DNA of 64,000 nt from Candidatus Latescibacterota bacterium (GTDB lineage Bacteria; Latescibacterota; UBA2968; UBA8231), in assembly GCA_965215195.1 (NCBI GenBank), contig CBDCDC010000002.1, positions 4,192,001-4,256,000 on the forward strand. The letters are read 5' to 3'. Of this stretch, positions 38,186 through 50,002 are shown piece after piece; positions within the stretch are counted from its first letter, which is position 1; each line of letters begins with the position of its first letter. Both the position numbers and the translations under genes were made by a program. The notes under the pieces are model-generated. The model did no database searches and was not told the origin of the DNA. It was given only the letters and a program-made list of their open reading frames with translations.

Positions 38186-38458
38186 AGGTCGTGCTAGATG
38201 GGGAGATAGCGGTGCCCTGTACCCGCAATCCGCTATAGCGGGATTGAATTCCCATCGAGAGGCTTTCGCACCTCTTGTTCGACCGGAGCAAAGTGGCGCT
38301 GAAGACCGGATTCTGCGCAATCAAGAGCTTCTGAACCCCGTCAGGACCGGAAGGTAGCAGCGGTAGGAATGTCTCTTGGTGTGCCGTAGAGCTGTCCGGT
38401 TGGAGCTAACTGGCACTGGGCAGACCTGAGGACGGGGTCGAAGATGGGTGCACGGCCT
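38186..38458 (+). ncRNA. ffs: Large bacterial SRP RNA (Alu plus S domain)
   Basis: TCAGGACCGGAAGGTAGCAGC helix 8; 5' CGTGCTAGATGGGGAGATAGCGGTGCCCTGTACCCGCAATCCGCT Alu-like segment; termini AGGTCGTGC/GCACGGCCT pair; upstream TG-G-TAAAAT. Confidence 0.9.
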
Positions 38459-38507
38459 TCTAATTTTTTGTTTACTCCCTTCATCTTAGCTGTGTCGAGC
38501 AACGCAA

Positions 38508-40121
38508 ATGGCCTATCAGGTAACAGCGCGCAAGTGGCGTCCTCGCCAATTCGACGAAGTAGTAGGGCAGGAGCACATCACTACCACCTTAAAGAATGCC
38601 GTCTATTCCGGGCGCATTGCGCAGTGCTACCTGTTTTGCGGCCCCCGCGGCGTGGGCAAGACCACGACCGCGCGAATCCTCGCCAAGGTCCTCAACTGCG
38701 CCGCTCGCCGCGACGGCAATCCCTGCGGGGCGTGCGATTCCTGCAAGAGCATTGCCGCCTCCACCAGCATGAACGTGCTGGAGATCGACGGGGCCTCCAA
38801 CAACAGCGTCGATGACATCCGCGAGTTGCGCGAAGTCGTGCGCTACGCCGCGACCGCAGGCGTCTATAAAATTTACATCATCGACGAGGTTCACATGCTC
38901 TCAACCGCGGCGTTCAATGCGCTGTTGAAGACGCTGGAGGAGCCGCCGGAGCACGTGGTTTTCATCTTCGCCACCACCGAGGTGCAGTCGGTCCCCGACA
39001 CCATTCTCTCGCGCTGTCAGCGCTTCAATTTTCGCCGCATCTCAAGCGGACAGATCGCCGCCCACCTCGGCATCATTGCCCAAGCCGAGGGCATCGCAGT
39101 CGAAGAGGGGGCACTCCACCTGCTGGCCAGCCGCGCAGATGGTGCTTTGCGCGACGCCGAGAGCCTACTCGATCAAGTGGCCTCCTTGGGCGCGGAGGTA
39201 TCGCAGCAAGCCGTGGTGCAGGTGTTGGGTCTCGTCGATCGCGGCCTCTACTTTGAATTGCTCGACGCCATGCGCGAAGCGGCGCCCGCACGGGTGCTGG
39301 ACATCGTCGCCCAAGCCATCGACGAAGGGGCCGACATCGAGGAGTTCGTCTATGGCCTAGTCGAGCTTTTGCGCCACCTGCTCTTCGCCAAGATACAGGG
39401 TGGGACCGACGAGCTGGATATGGCCGAAGATGCCCGCCGCCGCTGTGGCGAGCTCGCGGCCGTTATGGAGGTCGAGGACCTGCTCCGCATGATGCAGTCG
39501 CTCTTGGATTTAGAAGCGGATATAAAGCGCTCGGTACAGCCGCGCTTTCGCGTGGAAATCGCCTTGGTGCATCTGGCGCTGATGGGCCGGTCGGTCGATG
39601 TGGGCGAGCTGCTCCGCCGCTTGCAGTCGCTCGAAAGTGCCGCGCCACCTCCAAGCAGGGGTCGCAGCGAACAAGTCGTGCGTCCGTCTCCAAGTAGTCT
39701 CAATAAACAGGCCGCGCCGCCGCCCCCGGCCCCGCAGCAAGCCGCCGCCCCGGCGGTGCCGAGCAATGCCGCTGCTGGCCTGAGCTTTGATCAGGTGCGC
39801 ACCACTTGGGCCGAGCTAGTCCATGCCGTGCGAGCCGCCAAGCCGTCGCTGGCCCACTTTCTCAATGGGGCGGCCTTAGTCGGCTTGGAGGGCCACGTGC
39901 TCAAGCTGAGCTTTGGTGCTGCCGACCGCTTTGCTAAGGACTACGTGCTCAACAACCGAGAAAGCGTAGAGGCCATAGCCGAGGAGAAATACGGGCGGCG
40001 GCTGCGCTTAGAGGCCGTAGTAAAGAAGGGCGACCAGCCAGCCCCGCAGGCGGCGAGCCAGCCCGAGTCCGACCCCACCCTGCGCTCGGTGCTCGACACT
40101 TTTGACGGCGAGTTAGTCTGA
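38508..40121 (+). CDS. dnaX: DNA polymerase III gamma/tau subunit
   Basis: ARKWRP, GPRGVGKTT, EIDGASN, DEVHML, SRC. Confidence 0.96.
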   Translation: MAYQVTARKWRPRQFDEVVGQEHITTTLKNAVYSGRIAQCYLFCGPRGVGKTTTARILAKVLNCAARRDGNPCGACDSCKSIAASTSMNVLEIDGASNNSVDDIRELREVVRYAATAGVYKIYIIDEVHMLSTAAFNALLKTLEEPPEHVVFIFATTEVQSVPDTILSRCQRFNFRRISSGQIAAHLGIIAQAEGIAVEEGALHLLASRADGALRDAESLLDQVASLGAEVSQQAVVQVLGLVDRGLYFELLDAMREAAPARVLDIVAQAIDEGADIEEFVYGLVELLRHLLFAKIQGGTDELDMAEDARRRCGELAAVMEVEDLLRMMQSLLDLEADIKRSVQPRFRVEIALVHLALMGRSVDVGELLRRLQSLESAAPPPSRGRSEQVVRPSPSSLNKQAAPPPPAPQQAAAPAVPSNAAAGLSFDQVRTTWAELVHAVRAAKPSLAHFLNGAALVGLEGHVLKLSFGAADRFAKDYVLNNRESVEAIAEEKYGRRLRLEAVVKKGDQPAPQAASQPESDPTLRSVLDTFDGELV

Positions 40122-40129
40122 GAGAGCCC

Positions 40130-40726
40130 ATGGAACCCCTAGCCCTCGAAGACTTGATCGTCGCATTTGCCAAGCTGCCCGGTATTGGCCGCAAGACAGC
40201 CCAGCGCTTGGCGCTCTATGTGGTCAAGAGGCCGCGCGAGGAAGCCGAGCTGCTCGCCAAGGCGCTCGTTGCCGCCAAAGACCAGATCGAACACTGCGCC
40301 ACCTGCCGCAATTTCACCCAAAAGGGCGAGCCCCTATGCGAAGTCTGCCGCGACCCCCGGCGCGACCAGCAGTTCCTCTGCGTAGTGGCCGAAGCCAGCG
40401 ATGTGCTGGCCTTTGAGATGAGTCAGTTTTACTCCGGGGCGTATCACGTGCTCGGCGGGGTGCTTTCCCCGCAAGACGGCGTACTGCCCGAGGATTTGCA
40501 CATCGACTCCTTGGTCGAGCGCGTGCGCCAGCAGGGCGTACAGGAGGTACTGCTCGCGCTCAATGCCAACGCCGAGGGCGATGCCACCGCTCACTTCATC
40601 GCTCAGCAACTCGTGCCGCTGACCAAGGTGTCGAGGCTGGCGCGCGGCCTGCCGGTGGGCGCGGATTTGGACTTGGCCGACAGCGTCACCCTCTCGCTGG
40701 CCTTTGCCGGCCGGTCTTCGCTGTAA
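40130..40726 (+). CDS. recR: Recombination mediator RecR
   Basis: LPGIGRKTAQRLA, C4 zinc finger, YHVLGG, EGDATA. Confidence 0.95.
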   Translation: MEPLALEDLIVAFAKLPGIGRKTAQRLALYVVKRPREEAELLAKALVAAKDQIEHCATCRNFTQKGEPLCEVCRDPRRDQQFLCVVAEASDVLAFEMSQFYSGAYHVLGGVLSPQDGVLPEDLHIDSLVERVRQQGVQEVLLALNANAEGDATAHFIAQQLVPLTKVSRLARGLPVGADLDLADSVTLSLAFAGRSSL

Positions 40727-40733
40727 GGTAGAA

Positions 40734-41336
40734 ATGGAGCGGCGCGATATCTTTAATTTGCCCAATGGGCTGACCGCACTCAGGATCGGCTTGACGCCGC
40801 TGTTTTTGCTGCTGCTCTTCACCGATACTTGGTATTGGAAAAGCCTTGCCTTCGTGGTCTTCAGCGCGGCCTCGCTGACCGATTTCTACGATGGCAAACT
40901 AGCGCGCGCCGGCAATCAAGTAACGCCGCTGGGGCGCTTCTTGGACCCGTTGGCCGACAAGATCTTGGTGACGTCGGCACTCGTCGCCCTAGCGTTGGAC
41001 GAAATGGTCAATTTTTGGCTGGTCTTGCCCATCGTCGGGCGCGACATCCTGATCACGGGCATGCGCCTCTACGGGCTGTACCGGGGCCGTCCCATGGTCA
41101 CTTCGCGCTTGGCCAAGTGGAAGACCGCAGTCCAGCTTTTCACGGTTATCTTCATACTTTTCGTCATTGGCCTCGAGGAGGCGATGGGGCGTTTTGCCGC
41201 AGGTCATCTCTTCTTTCTCGACGACCAGCTAATCCAGCTTTTGGCCAATGCACTGTTGGCGGGGGTGCTGTTGCTGACGCTGCTGTCGGGTTTCCACTAC
41301 CTGTTCCGCGCGACCTCTTCCTACAAGGAATCCTGA
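40734..41336 (+). CDS. pgsA: CDP-diacylglycerol--glycerol-3-phosphate 3-phosphatidyltransferase
   Basis: NLPNGLTALR, TDFYDGKLAR...GRFLDPLADK, KWKTAVQ. Confidence 0.92.
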   Translation: MERRDIFNLPNGLTALRIGLTPLFLLLLFTDTWYWKSLAFVVFSAASLTDFYDGKLARAGNQVTPLGRFLDPLADKILVTSALVALALDEMVNFWLVLPIVGRDILITGMRLYGLYRGRPMVTSRLAKWKTAVQLFTVIFILFVIGLEEAMGRFAAGHLFFLDDQLIQLLANALLAGVLLLTLLSGFHYLFRATSSYKES

Positions 41337-41362
41337 GCGCGGCATAGAGGAACGCGTTTCTT

Positions 41363-41827
41363 CTGAACCGACTGATCGCCACGCTCTTTTTCGTCGGCTA
41401 TGCCCCGTGGGCACCCGGTACGGCTGGTACCGCGCTCGTCGCCCTGTTATATTGGCTATTTTTTCCTCGTTTGGATTTGGGGATGCTGGAGTGGCTCGGT
41501 GTGCTTTTGGTCGCCTCGGCCATTGGGGTGTACAGCGCGGGCCGGGCGGCCCCGGAATGGGGCGAGGACCCCGGGCAGGTCGTCGTTGACGAGGGGGTGG
41601 GCTTTCTCTTTGCAGTGGCACTTTTGCCTCCGGGCGCAGGGACGGCCATCGCCGGCTTCTTCGTCTTTCGCGCCCTCGATATTGTCAAGCCGCCCCCGGC
41701 GCGGCAGCTAGAAGCCCTGCCGCGGGGATGGGGCATTGTGGCCGACGACGTGGTCGCCGGTCTGTACAGCAACGCGGTCATTCGCTCGTCGTCCTATTTG
41801 ATCGAGTGGGCGCGATACCACACTTAA
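41363..41827 (+). CDS. pgpA: Phosphatidylglycerophosphatase A (probable CTG start)
   Basis: LNRLIATLFFVGYAPWAPGTAGT, DPGQVVVDE, FRALDIVKP, GIVADDVVAG. Confidence 0.88.
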   Translation: MNRLIATLFFVGYAPWAPGTAGTALVALLYWLFFPRLDLGMLEWLGVLLVASAIGVYSAGRAAPEWGEDPGQVVVDEGVGFLFAVALLPPGAGTAIAGFFVFRALDIVKPPPARQLEALPRGWGIVADDVVAGLYSNAVIRSSSYLIEWARYHT

Positions 41828-41839
41828 GAGGGGATTTCC

Positions 41840-42904
41840 ATGGCCAAAGCGAACGGACGCAGCCCAGCCGGCAACAAGGTTAGGGCGCTGGAACTGGCGA
41901 TGTCGCAGATTGAAAAGCAGTACGGCAAGGGGTCGATCATGCGCCTCGGCGATGAGGGTGGGGTGCAAGAAGTGGAGGCAATTTCTACTGGGTCGCTGGC
42001 TGTAGATGCCGCGCTGGGCATCGGCGGCTTGCCCAAGGGGCGAATCGTCGAAATATCCGGTCCAGAGGGGGCGGGCAAGACCATGCTCTCGCTGCACGCG
42101 ATCCGCGAGTCGCAGAAGCAGAACGGCACGGCGGCCTTTATCGACGCCGAACACGCCCTCGACGTCAGCTTTGCCCGGCGCATTGGCGTCGATGTAGAAA
42201 ACCTAATCATATCGCAGCCGGATTCGGGCGAGCAGGCCCTCGAAATCGTCGATACCTTGGTGCGCAGCGGTGCCTTCGATATCATCGTGGTCGATTCGGT
42301 GGCCGCGCTGGTGCCCCAGGCCGAGCTGGAGGGCGACATGGGCGATTCGCACGTGGGCTTGCACGCGCGGCTGATGTCCCAAGCCCTGCGCAAACTCGCT
42401 GGCTCGATCAACCGCTCGCACACCTGTCTGATTTTTCTCAACCAGTTGAGGATGAAAATTGGCGTGATGTTCGGCAACCCAGAGACCACCACCGGCGGCC
42501 GCGCCCTGCCCTTCTACTCCTCGGTGCGCATCGACATCCGCCGCATCGCCCGCGTCAAAGACGGAGACCTCGATATCGGCAATCGCACTCGGGTCAAGGT
42601 CGTCAAAAACAAGGTGGCCCCCCCCTTTCGCGAGGCCGAATTCGACCTGATTTTCCACGGCGACCAGATCGGCATTTCCCATGAGGGCGACCTGCTCGAT
42701 ATCGGCGTCGCCAAAGGGCTTGTCGACAAGAGCGGGGCGTGGTTCTCCTACAATGGCGCGCGATTGGGGCAGGGCCGAGACAATGCCCGGGTCTTTCTGC
42801 GCGAAAATCCAACAGTAGCCGCAGAGATAGAGCACAAGCTGCGCGTCGAGTTGGGCCTCAAGGTCGCGGCAGGCCAAGACGAAGCCAGCGAGGCAGGCGA
42901 ATAG
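41840..42904 (+). CDS. recA: Recombinase RecA
   Basis: [30 protein letters not shown]. Confidence 0.98.
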   Translation: MAKANGRSPAGNKVRALELAMSQIEKQYGKGSIMRLGDEGGVQEVEAISTGSLAVDAALGIGGLPKGRIVEISGPEGAGKTMLSLHAIRESQKQNGTAAFIDAEHALDVSFARRIGVDVENLIISQPDSGEQALEIVDTLVRSGAFDIIVVDSVAALVPQAELEGDMGDSHVGLHARLMSQALRKLAGSINRSHTCLIFLNQLRMKIGVMFGNPETTTGGRALPFYSSVRIDIRRIARVKDGDLDIGNRTRVKVVKNKVAPPFREAEFDLIFHGDQIGISHEGDLLDIGVAKGLVDKSGAWFSYNGARLGQGRDNARVFLRENPTVAAEIEHKLRVELGLKVAAGQDEASEAGE

Positions 42905-43393
42905 GTGGAAGACCAACTGCAAAAGGCCAAGGATGCGGCCTATCGCTATCTCAGCTATAGGGCGCGGTCCACAGCGGAGGTGCGCGACAAGCTGCGGGAG
43001 AAGGAGTTTGCCGCCGAGGTCGTCGCCGAGGTCGTCGCCGACTTGCAGCGCCAGAAGCTCCTCGACGACCGCGAGTTCGCCCGGCGCTGGGTTGAGGCGC
43101 GATTGCCGCGGGCTTATGGCGCACGTAAACTAGTCCAAGATCTCAGGCACAAAGGCGTGGCCGCCGGCGTAGTGGACGAGGTCCTCGCCGAATACGCCTC
43201 AGCGCTCAATTCGGGCGAGCGGGCGGTCCAACTGCTGAGCAAGCAGGCTTGGCGCTACCGGGGGTTAGCACCCGACAAGGCCAAGCGTCGGATGCTGGGC
43301 TTTTTGGCCCGGCGCGGTTGCGATCAGGAAATGGCCAGAGCAGCGGTTGAACAGGTATGGCAGGAGTTAGCCAATGAAGTCGAGGGAAATTAG
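42905..43393 (+). CDS. recX: Regulatory protein RecX
   Basis: YLSYRARSTAEV, LDDREFA, FLARRG; directly after recA. Confidence 0.9.
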   Translation: MEDQLQKAKDAAYRYLSYRARSTAEVRDKLREKEFAAEVVAEVVADLQRQKLLDDREFARRWVEARLPRAYGARKLVQDLRHKGVAAGVVDEVLAEYASALNSGERAVQLLSKQAWRYRGLAPDKAKRRMLGFLARRGCDQEMARAAVEQVWQELANEVEGN

Positions 43394-45983
43394 GGAGACG
43401 TTCCTCCATTTTTTTGAGGGTAAGGGCCACGTGCGCGTACCGAGTGCGCCGGTCGTACCGCAGGACGACCCCACGCTCTATTTTACCAACGCCGGCATGA
43501 ATCAGTTCAAGGACGTCTTCTTGGGCTTGGGCCGGCGCGACTACACCCGAGCGGTCGATACGCAGAAGATCTTGCGGGTGTCGGGCAAGCACAACGACCT
43601 CGACGAAGTCGGCTACAGCCCTTGGCACCACACCTTCTTTGAGATGCTGGGCAACTGGTCCTTTGGCGATTACTTCAAAAAAGAGGCCATTGAGTGGGGC
43701 TGGGAGTTAATTACCGAGCACTTTGGCCTCGAAAAGGAGCGGCTCTGGGCCACCGTCTTTGCTGGCGGCGACCGCCTCGAAGCCGACGCCGAGGCCGAGG
43801 CGCTGTGGTACGAATGCACCGACCTGCGGCCGGGCCGCGTCGTGCGCCTGCCGGCCAAGGAAAACTTCTGGGAAATGGGCGCGACCGGCCCCTGCGGCCC
43901 CTGTTCCGAGATTCACTACTACTTAGGCGACGATCTGGCCGCGCAGGACAGCCGCATGCTCATCGACGATACCGGCGATCTGGTTGAAATATGGAACTTG
44001 GTCTTCATCCAGTACAACCGCGACGATACGGGTGCGCTACAGCCGCTGCCCGAGAAGCACGTGGATACCGGCATGGGCTTTGAGCGGATGTGCAGCCTGT
44101 TACAGGGGGCCGCGAGCAACTACGAGACCGATGTCTTTCAGCCGCTCATCGGCCGCATCGCCGAGCTAACGGGCAAAGAGTACGGCCGCGAGCACCGCAT
44201 CCCCATGCAGGTCGTCGCCGACCACGTCCGCGCCCTCAGCTTCGCCATGGCCGACGGCGCAATGCCCTCCAACGAGGGCCGTGGCTACGTCCTGCGCCGC
44301 ATCCTGCGCCGCGCCGCGCGCTACGCCCGCCAGCTCGATCAGCACGACCCCTTCATTCATCAGTTAGTTGGCACGGTGGGCGAAACCATGGGCCACGTCT
44401 TCCCGGAGGTCGCCGCTAGGAAGGACCACAGCGCCCGAGTCATCCACTCCGAGGAGGAGGGTTTTGGCAAGACCCTCGACCGCGGCTTGGACATCTTCGC
44501 GCGGTTCGCCGCCAAGGGGCAGATCACCGGCGGCGATGCCTTCCAGCTCTACGACACCTACGGCTTTCCACAGGACCTGACCGAGCTGATGGCCCGCGAG
44601 CAGGGGATCCCGCTGGTCGAGCAGGGGGAATTCGACCGCGCACTCGCCGCTCAGAGGCAGCGGGCGCGCCAAGCTACCCGCGCACAGTTTAGTGCCACCG
44701 AAGGCGTCGGCCATACCTTGGAGGGAGCGCATTCGCTCTTCGTAGGCTACGACGAATTGGAAATAGACGCTCAGGTGATACGTGCCGAAGGAGGCAAAGA
44801 TAGCCGGGTGTGGCTCGTGTTAGATCGAACTCCTTTCTACGCCGAGGCAGGGGGGCAAGTCGGCGATCGAGGACGGATTGAGGGCAACGGTTTTGTCGTC
44901 GAAGTCCAAGACGTGCAGAAAGCGCGCGGCGGCATCGTCCACAAAGGTTGCTTAGTGGAAGGTGATACCCAAGCGTTGACAGGTCCAGTAGTAGCCCGCG
45001 TTGATGGCCAAGCTCGCATTGACGCCGAGCGCAACCACACCGCAACTCATCTGTTGCACGAGTCGCTGCGGCGGACCCTCGGCGATCACGTAGGGCAGAT
45101 GGGTTCGCTGGTTGCGCCGGACCGCTTGCGCTTTGACTTTTCGCATTTTGCCGCGGTTGCGCCCGAGCCGTTGCGCGAAATTGAGGAGCGGGTCAACGAG
45201 CAGATTCGCGCCGATCTAGAAGTGAGCACCTTTCAAGAGGAATTGGAAAAGGCCAAGGCCATGGGGGCGCAGGCGCTCTTCGGCGAAAAATACGAGGACC
45301 GAGTGCGCGTGGTGCGGATCGGCGGCTTCAGCTTAGAGCTGTGCGGCGGGACCCACGTGCGCTCAACCGGCGAGATCGGTGCTTTCGATTTGGTCTCCGA
45401 AAGCGGCATTGCCGCTGGCGTCCGCCGCAGCGAGGCATTGACCGGCGCAGGGGCCGAGTGCGCCGCACGCCAGCGACGGCAGGTATTGGCGGGCTTGGGC
45501 ACTCGGCTCAACGCCGCGCCCGAAGAGTTAGCAGACAAAATCGAGGCGCTCTTGGGGCGCAATCGCCAGTTGGAGCGAACCCTCGACGAGTTGCGACGTA
45601 GGGTTGCGGCGCTAGAGACGAGCGATCTAGCGAGTGGAGCGCGCCAAGTGAAAGGGGTTGCGGTCGTGGCGCGCCGCACCCAAGCGGAGGACGTGCCCAG
45701 CCTGCGGGCCATGGCCGACGGACTGCGCGAGAGCCTCGGCTCGGGCGTCGCCGTCTTGGGGGCGGATATCGGCGGCAAGGTTTCCTTTGTCGCCGTTGTT
45801 ACCGACGACCTAATCAAGGGCCGCGGGCTGAAGGCCGGCGACATTGTGCGCGGCGTGGCCCAGCTAGCCGGCGGCTCGGGCGGCGGCAAGGCGCACTTGG
45901 CCCAGGCTGGCGGCCGCGACCGGGGCAAACTCGACGAAGCACTAGGGCAAGTGGCGCACATCGTCGAGCAGCAGCTAAAATAG
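43374..45983 (+). CDS. alaS: Alanine--tRNA ligase
   Basis: FTNAGMNQFK, HHTFFEMLGNWSFGDYFK, HTATHLLH, ELCGGTH, GGSGGG. Confidence 0.98.
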   Translation: MKSREIRETFLHFFEGKGHVRVPSAPVVPQDDPTLYFTNAGMNQFKDVFLGLGRRDYTRAVDTQKILRVSGKHNDLDEVGYSPWHHTFFEMLGNWSFGDYFKKEAIEWGWELITEHFGLEKERLWATVFAGGDRLEADAEAEALWYECTDLRPGRVVRLPAKENFWEMGATGPCGPCSEIHYYLGDDLAAQDSRMLIDDTGDLVEIWNLVFIQYNRDDTGALQPLPEKHVDTGMGFERMCSLLQGAASNYETDVFQPLIGRIAELTGKEYGREHRIPMQVVADHVRALSFAMADGAMPSNEGRGYVLRRILRRAARYARQLDQHDPFIHQLVGTVGETMGHVFPEVAARKDHSARVIHSEEEGFGKTLDRGLDIFARFAAKGQITGGDAFQLYDTYGFPQDLTELMAREQGIPLVEQGEFDRALAAQRQRARQATRAQFSATEGVGHTLEGAHSLFVGYDELEIDAQVIRAEGGKDSRVWLVLDRTPFYAEAGGQVGDRGRIEGNGFVVEVQDVQKARGGIVHKGCLVEGDTQALTGPVVARVDGQARIDAERNHTATHLLHESLRRTLGDHVGQMGSLVAPDRLRFDFSHFAAVAPEPLREIEERVNEQIRADLEVSTFQEELEKAKAMGAQALFGEKYEDRVRVVRIGGFSLELCGGTHVRSTGEIGAFDLVSESGIAAGVRRSEALTGAGAECAARQRRQVLAGLGTRLNAAPEELADKIEALLGRNRQLERTLDELRRRVAALETSDLASGARQVKGVAVVARRTQAEDVPSLRAMADGLRESLGSGVAVLGADIGGKVSFVAVVTDDLIKGRGLKAGDIVRGVAQLAGGSGGGKAHLAQAGGRDRGKLDEALGQVAHIVEQQLK

Positions 45984-45995
45984 GCGAGCTGGTTC

Positions 45996-46751
45996 GTGAC
46001 TAGCAGTGTACTGCAACACCTATTAGACATCCGCCACCGCCGCGGTGCTGGCTACCTGCCCTTGCTAGATCCAGATCGGTTGACCCCAGACGAATTGGAG
46101 ACTCGCGCCCAGTGCTGCGTTGCGGCCGGGGCCGACGCCATCCTCATCGGCACGAGCCTGATGTTCTCGTCTCGCACCGCGGTCTGTTTCGAGCGCGTGC
46201 GGGCCAAGGTCGATGTGCCGGTGATCAGCTTCCCCGGGAGCTGGGGCCAAGTGGTGCCTACGGCCGATGCGATCCTCTTCCTGTCGCTGGTCAGCGGGCG
46301 CAATCCCGAGCTCTTGATCGGCGAGCACGTCAAGGCCGCCCCCTTGATCCGCGAGTACGGCATTGAGGTCATCCCCACCGGATATATGCTGGTCGAGTCC
46401 GGGACCCTGACCTCCGTGGAATTTATGAGCGATACCCGGCCCATTCCGCGCGATAAGATCGACATTGCCATGGCCCACGCCTTGGCGGCCGAGTACTTGG
46501 GCATGCGCCTCATTTACCTAGAGACCGGCAGCGGCGCGTGCGCTGCTGTGCCCGACGAAATGGTCAGCGCGGTAGCCGATTGCGTGTCGGTGCCGGTCGT
46601 GGTCGGCGGCGGCATCCGCGATCCAGGGGTGGCGCAGGCCAAGGTAGAGGCCGGCGCGGGTTTCGTGGTCACCGGCAGCGTCGTCGAAGACGATCAGCAG
46701 CGCTTGTGCGCCCTGAGCCGAGCAGTACACGCAAAAGAACGACAGGAGTAG
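45996..46751 (+). CDS. Geranylgeranylglyceryl/heptaprenylglyceryl phosphate synthase (group II-like)
   Basis: LLDPD, ADAILFLSLVSGRNPELLIG, PTGYMLVESG, YLETGSG, VGGGIR. Confidence 0.9.
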   Translation: MTSSVLQHLLDIRHRRGAGYLPLLDPDRLTPDELETRAQCCVAAGADAILIGTSLMFSSRTAVCFERVRAKVDVPVISFPGSWGQVVPTADAILFLSLVSGRNPELLIGEHVKAAPLIREYGIEVIPTGYMLVESGTLTSVEFMSDTRPIPRDKIDIAMAHALAAEYLGMRLIYLETGSGACAAVPDEMVSAVADCVSVPVVVGGGIRDPGVAQAKVEAGAGFVVTGSVVEDDQQRLCALSRAVHAKERQE

Positions 46752-46760
46752 CAATGGGCC

Positions 46761-47033
46761 ATGGTTGAAAAGACGGCCACGATCAACAATCCGCTGGGCA
46801 TTCACGCTCGTCCGGCCGCGCTCTTGGTGCAGATGGCGGCGCAGTTCAAGGCCGACATTTACCTCTCCAAAGGCGACGTCGATGGGGTCAACGGCAAGAG
46901 CATCATGGGCGTGATGATGCTGGCGGCCGAGCAAGGGGCCCAAGTCGCCGTCCGGGCCGAGGGCGAGGACGCGGCCGCGGCCGTTGCGGCCATGGTCTCA
47001 CTGCTGGAAAGCACATTTGAGGGGCAGTGTTGA
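46761..47033 (+). CDS. ptsH: Phosphocarrier protein HPr
   Basis: GIHARPAA (His15), NGKSIMGVM (Ser46). Confidence 0.95.
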   Translation: MVEKTATINNPLGIHARPAALLVQMAAQFKADIYLSKGDVDGVNGKSIMGVMMLAAEQGAQVAVRAEGEDAAAAVAAMVSLLESTFEGQC

Positions 47034-48796
47034 GCACGGCGAGCGCACATCGAGTTTTCGCTGGGATATGCGTCTCCCCCGGCATTGGCATTGGCCGGGC
47101 TTTCGCGTACCACAAGCGGGCCCCGGTCATCACCCGCCGGCGCGTAGCGCAGCACTTGGTTGGGGAGGAGGTCGAGCGCTTTCGCAACATACTCCACCAG
47201 GCCGGGGACGAGATTCGGCGCACTCGCCGCTGGGTCGCCAGCGAGCAAGGAGAGGAACTAGCGCAGATATTCGACGCCCAGCTAGCCATGCTAGAGGATC
47301 CGTCCATCAAAGAGCGCACCGAGGCCTTGATCCGCGAAAAGCACTATTCGGCCGAGCGGGCGTACGCCGAGGAGCTGGAGAAAGTCAAAGAGGCCTTCGG
47401 CAACATTGAGAACGAATACCTGCGGGCGCGGATAAGCGACGTAGCGGATATCGAAAATCAGGTGTTGATGCGGTTAGCCGGAGGCGAGGTCAAGGCGCTC
47501 GATTCGCTCCGCGCCAACACAATTGTCCTCGCCCACGACTTGCTGCCCTCCGAGATGGTGCGCCTAGAGCGCCGCCGGATCAAAGGCGTGGTGCTCGACA
47601 TCGGCGGCGCGGCTTCGCACGCGGCCATCATCGCCCGCTCGTTGCAGCTACCCACGGTCGTCGGCACTGGCGACTGTTCGCGGCAAGTGGCAGACGGCGA
47701 CTTGGTGGTCGTCGATGGCAACGAAGGCTGGGTCCACGTGCGGCCCGATGCCCCCGACGAGCGGCGCTATCGGGCGCGTCGCCGGCGTCAGCTCCGGCGC
47801 GAGCGCAACCTAGAGGCGCGGCGCAACTTGCCCGCCATTACCCGAGACGGGCGGGAAATCGCATTGATGGCCAACGTCGATGTGCCAACCGAAGTGCAGA
47901 CGGCACTCGACCACGGTGCCCGCGGCGTGGGCATGTACCGCACCGAATTCCTGTATCTCAACTACCGCTTGCCCTCCGAGGAGGAGCAGCTCAGGGTCTA
48001 TTCTACCCTTGTCAAATCGCTGGCCCCGCATCCCGTAGTGATCCGCAGCATGGACTTGGGCGGCGACAAGCTGTCCCATGTCTTGGAGGTGCCGCCCGAG
48101 GCCAATCCCTTCTTGGGGTGGCGCGGCATCCGCATTTGCCTCGATACCCCAGACCTGTTTAAGACGCAGTTGCGCGCCCTGCTGCGGGCCGGAGTACAGG
48201 GCGAGGTTCACATTTTGTTGCCGATGATCTCTAGCCTGAACGAGCTGCGGTGCGCCCAAGCGCTAGTGGAGGAAGCCAAAGACGAGCTGCGGGCGGCGGG
48301 GCGGCCCTTTGCCGATCATTGCAAGCTGGGCATCATGGTCGAAGTGCCGTCCGTGGCCTTGATGGCCGATCACTTTGCCGGCGAAGTAGATTTTTTTAGC
48401 CTCGGCACCAACGACCTGACCCAGTACGCGTTGGCCGTGGATCGCGGCATGAGCAAAGTGGCTTGGCTCTACGACCCGTTTCATCCGGCGGTCTTGCGCT
48501 TGATCGAGATGGTCGCCGACAGCGGCCAGCGCACGAACACGCCCGTGAGCATCTGCGGCGAGATGGCCGGCGACCCCTTGGCCACGACGCTCTTGCTCGG
48601 GCTCGGGCTGGATTGTCTGAGCCTAAGCCCGGGTCTCATCCCGGAAGTCAAGGAGGTCATTCGCGCCATCCGCGCTGAAAAGGCGCGGCAGATCGCCAGC
48701 GAATGCTTGGCTATGGACACGGGTGCTGAGGTGCGCCAGCACTTGGAGGATGCCGTTGGCGAGTACGTACCTTTCTGGCGTCAGAGGCATCGCTGA
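47027..48796 (+). CDS. ptsI: PEP-protein phosphotransferase (PTS enzyme I)
   Basis: [42 protein letters not shown]. Confidence 0.95.
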   Translation: MLSTASAHRVFAGICVSPGIGIGRAFAYHKRAPVITRRRVAQHLVGEEVERFRNILHQAGDEIRRTRRWVASEQGEELAQIFDAQLAMLEDPSIKERTEALIREKHYSAERAYAEELEKVKEAFGNIENEYLRARISDVADIENQVLMRLAGGEVKALDSLRANTIVLAHDLLPSEMVRLERRRIKGVVLDIGGAASHAAIIARSLQLPTVVGTGDCSRQVADGDLVVVDGNEGWVHVRPDAPDERRYRARRRRQLRRERNLEARRNLPAITRDGREIALMANVDVPTEVQTALDHGARGVGMYRTEFLYLNYRLPSEEEQLRVYSTLVKSLAPHPVVIRSMDLGGDKLSHVLEVPPEANPFLGWRGIRICLDTPDLFKTQLRALLRAGVQGEVHILLPMISSLNELRCAQALVEEAKDELRAAGRPFADHCKLGIMVEVPSVALMADHFAGEVDFFSLGTNDLTQYALAVDRGMSKVAWLYDPFHPAVLRLIEMVADSGQRTNTPVSICGEMAGDPLATTLLLGLGLDCLSLSPGLIPEVKEVIRAIRAEKARQIASECLAMDTGAEVRQHLEDAVGEYVPFWRQRHR

Positions 48797-48815
48797 AGGA
48801 GCTCGAGAATACACC

Positions 48816-49982
<1,167 letters not shown>

Positions 49983-50002
49983 GGTCTTGAACAGGCTAGC
50001 AG

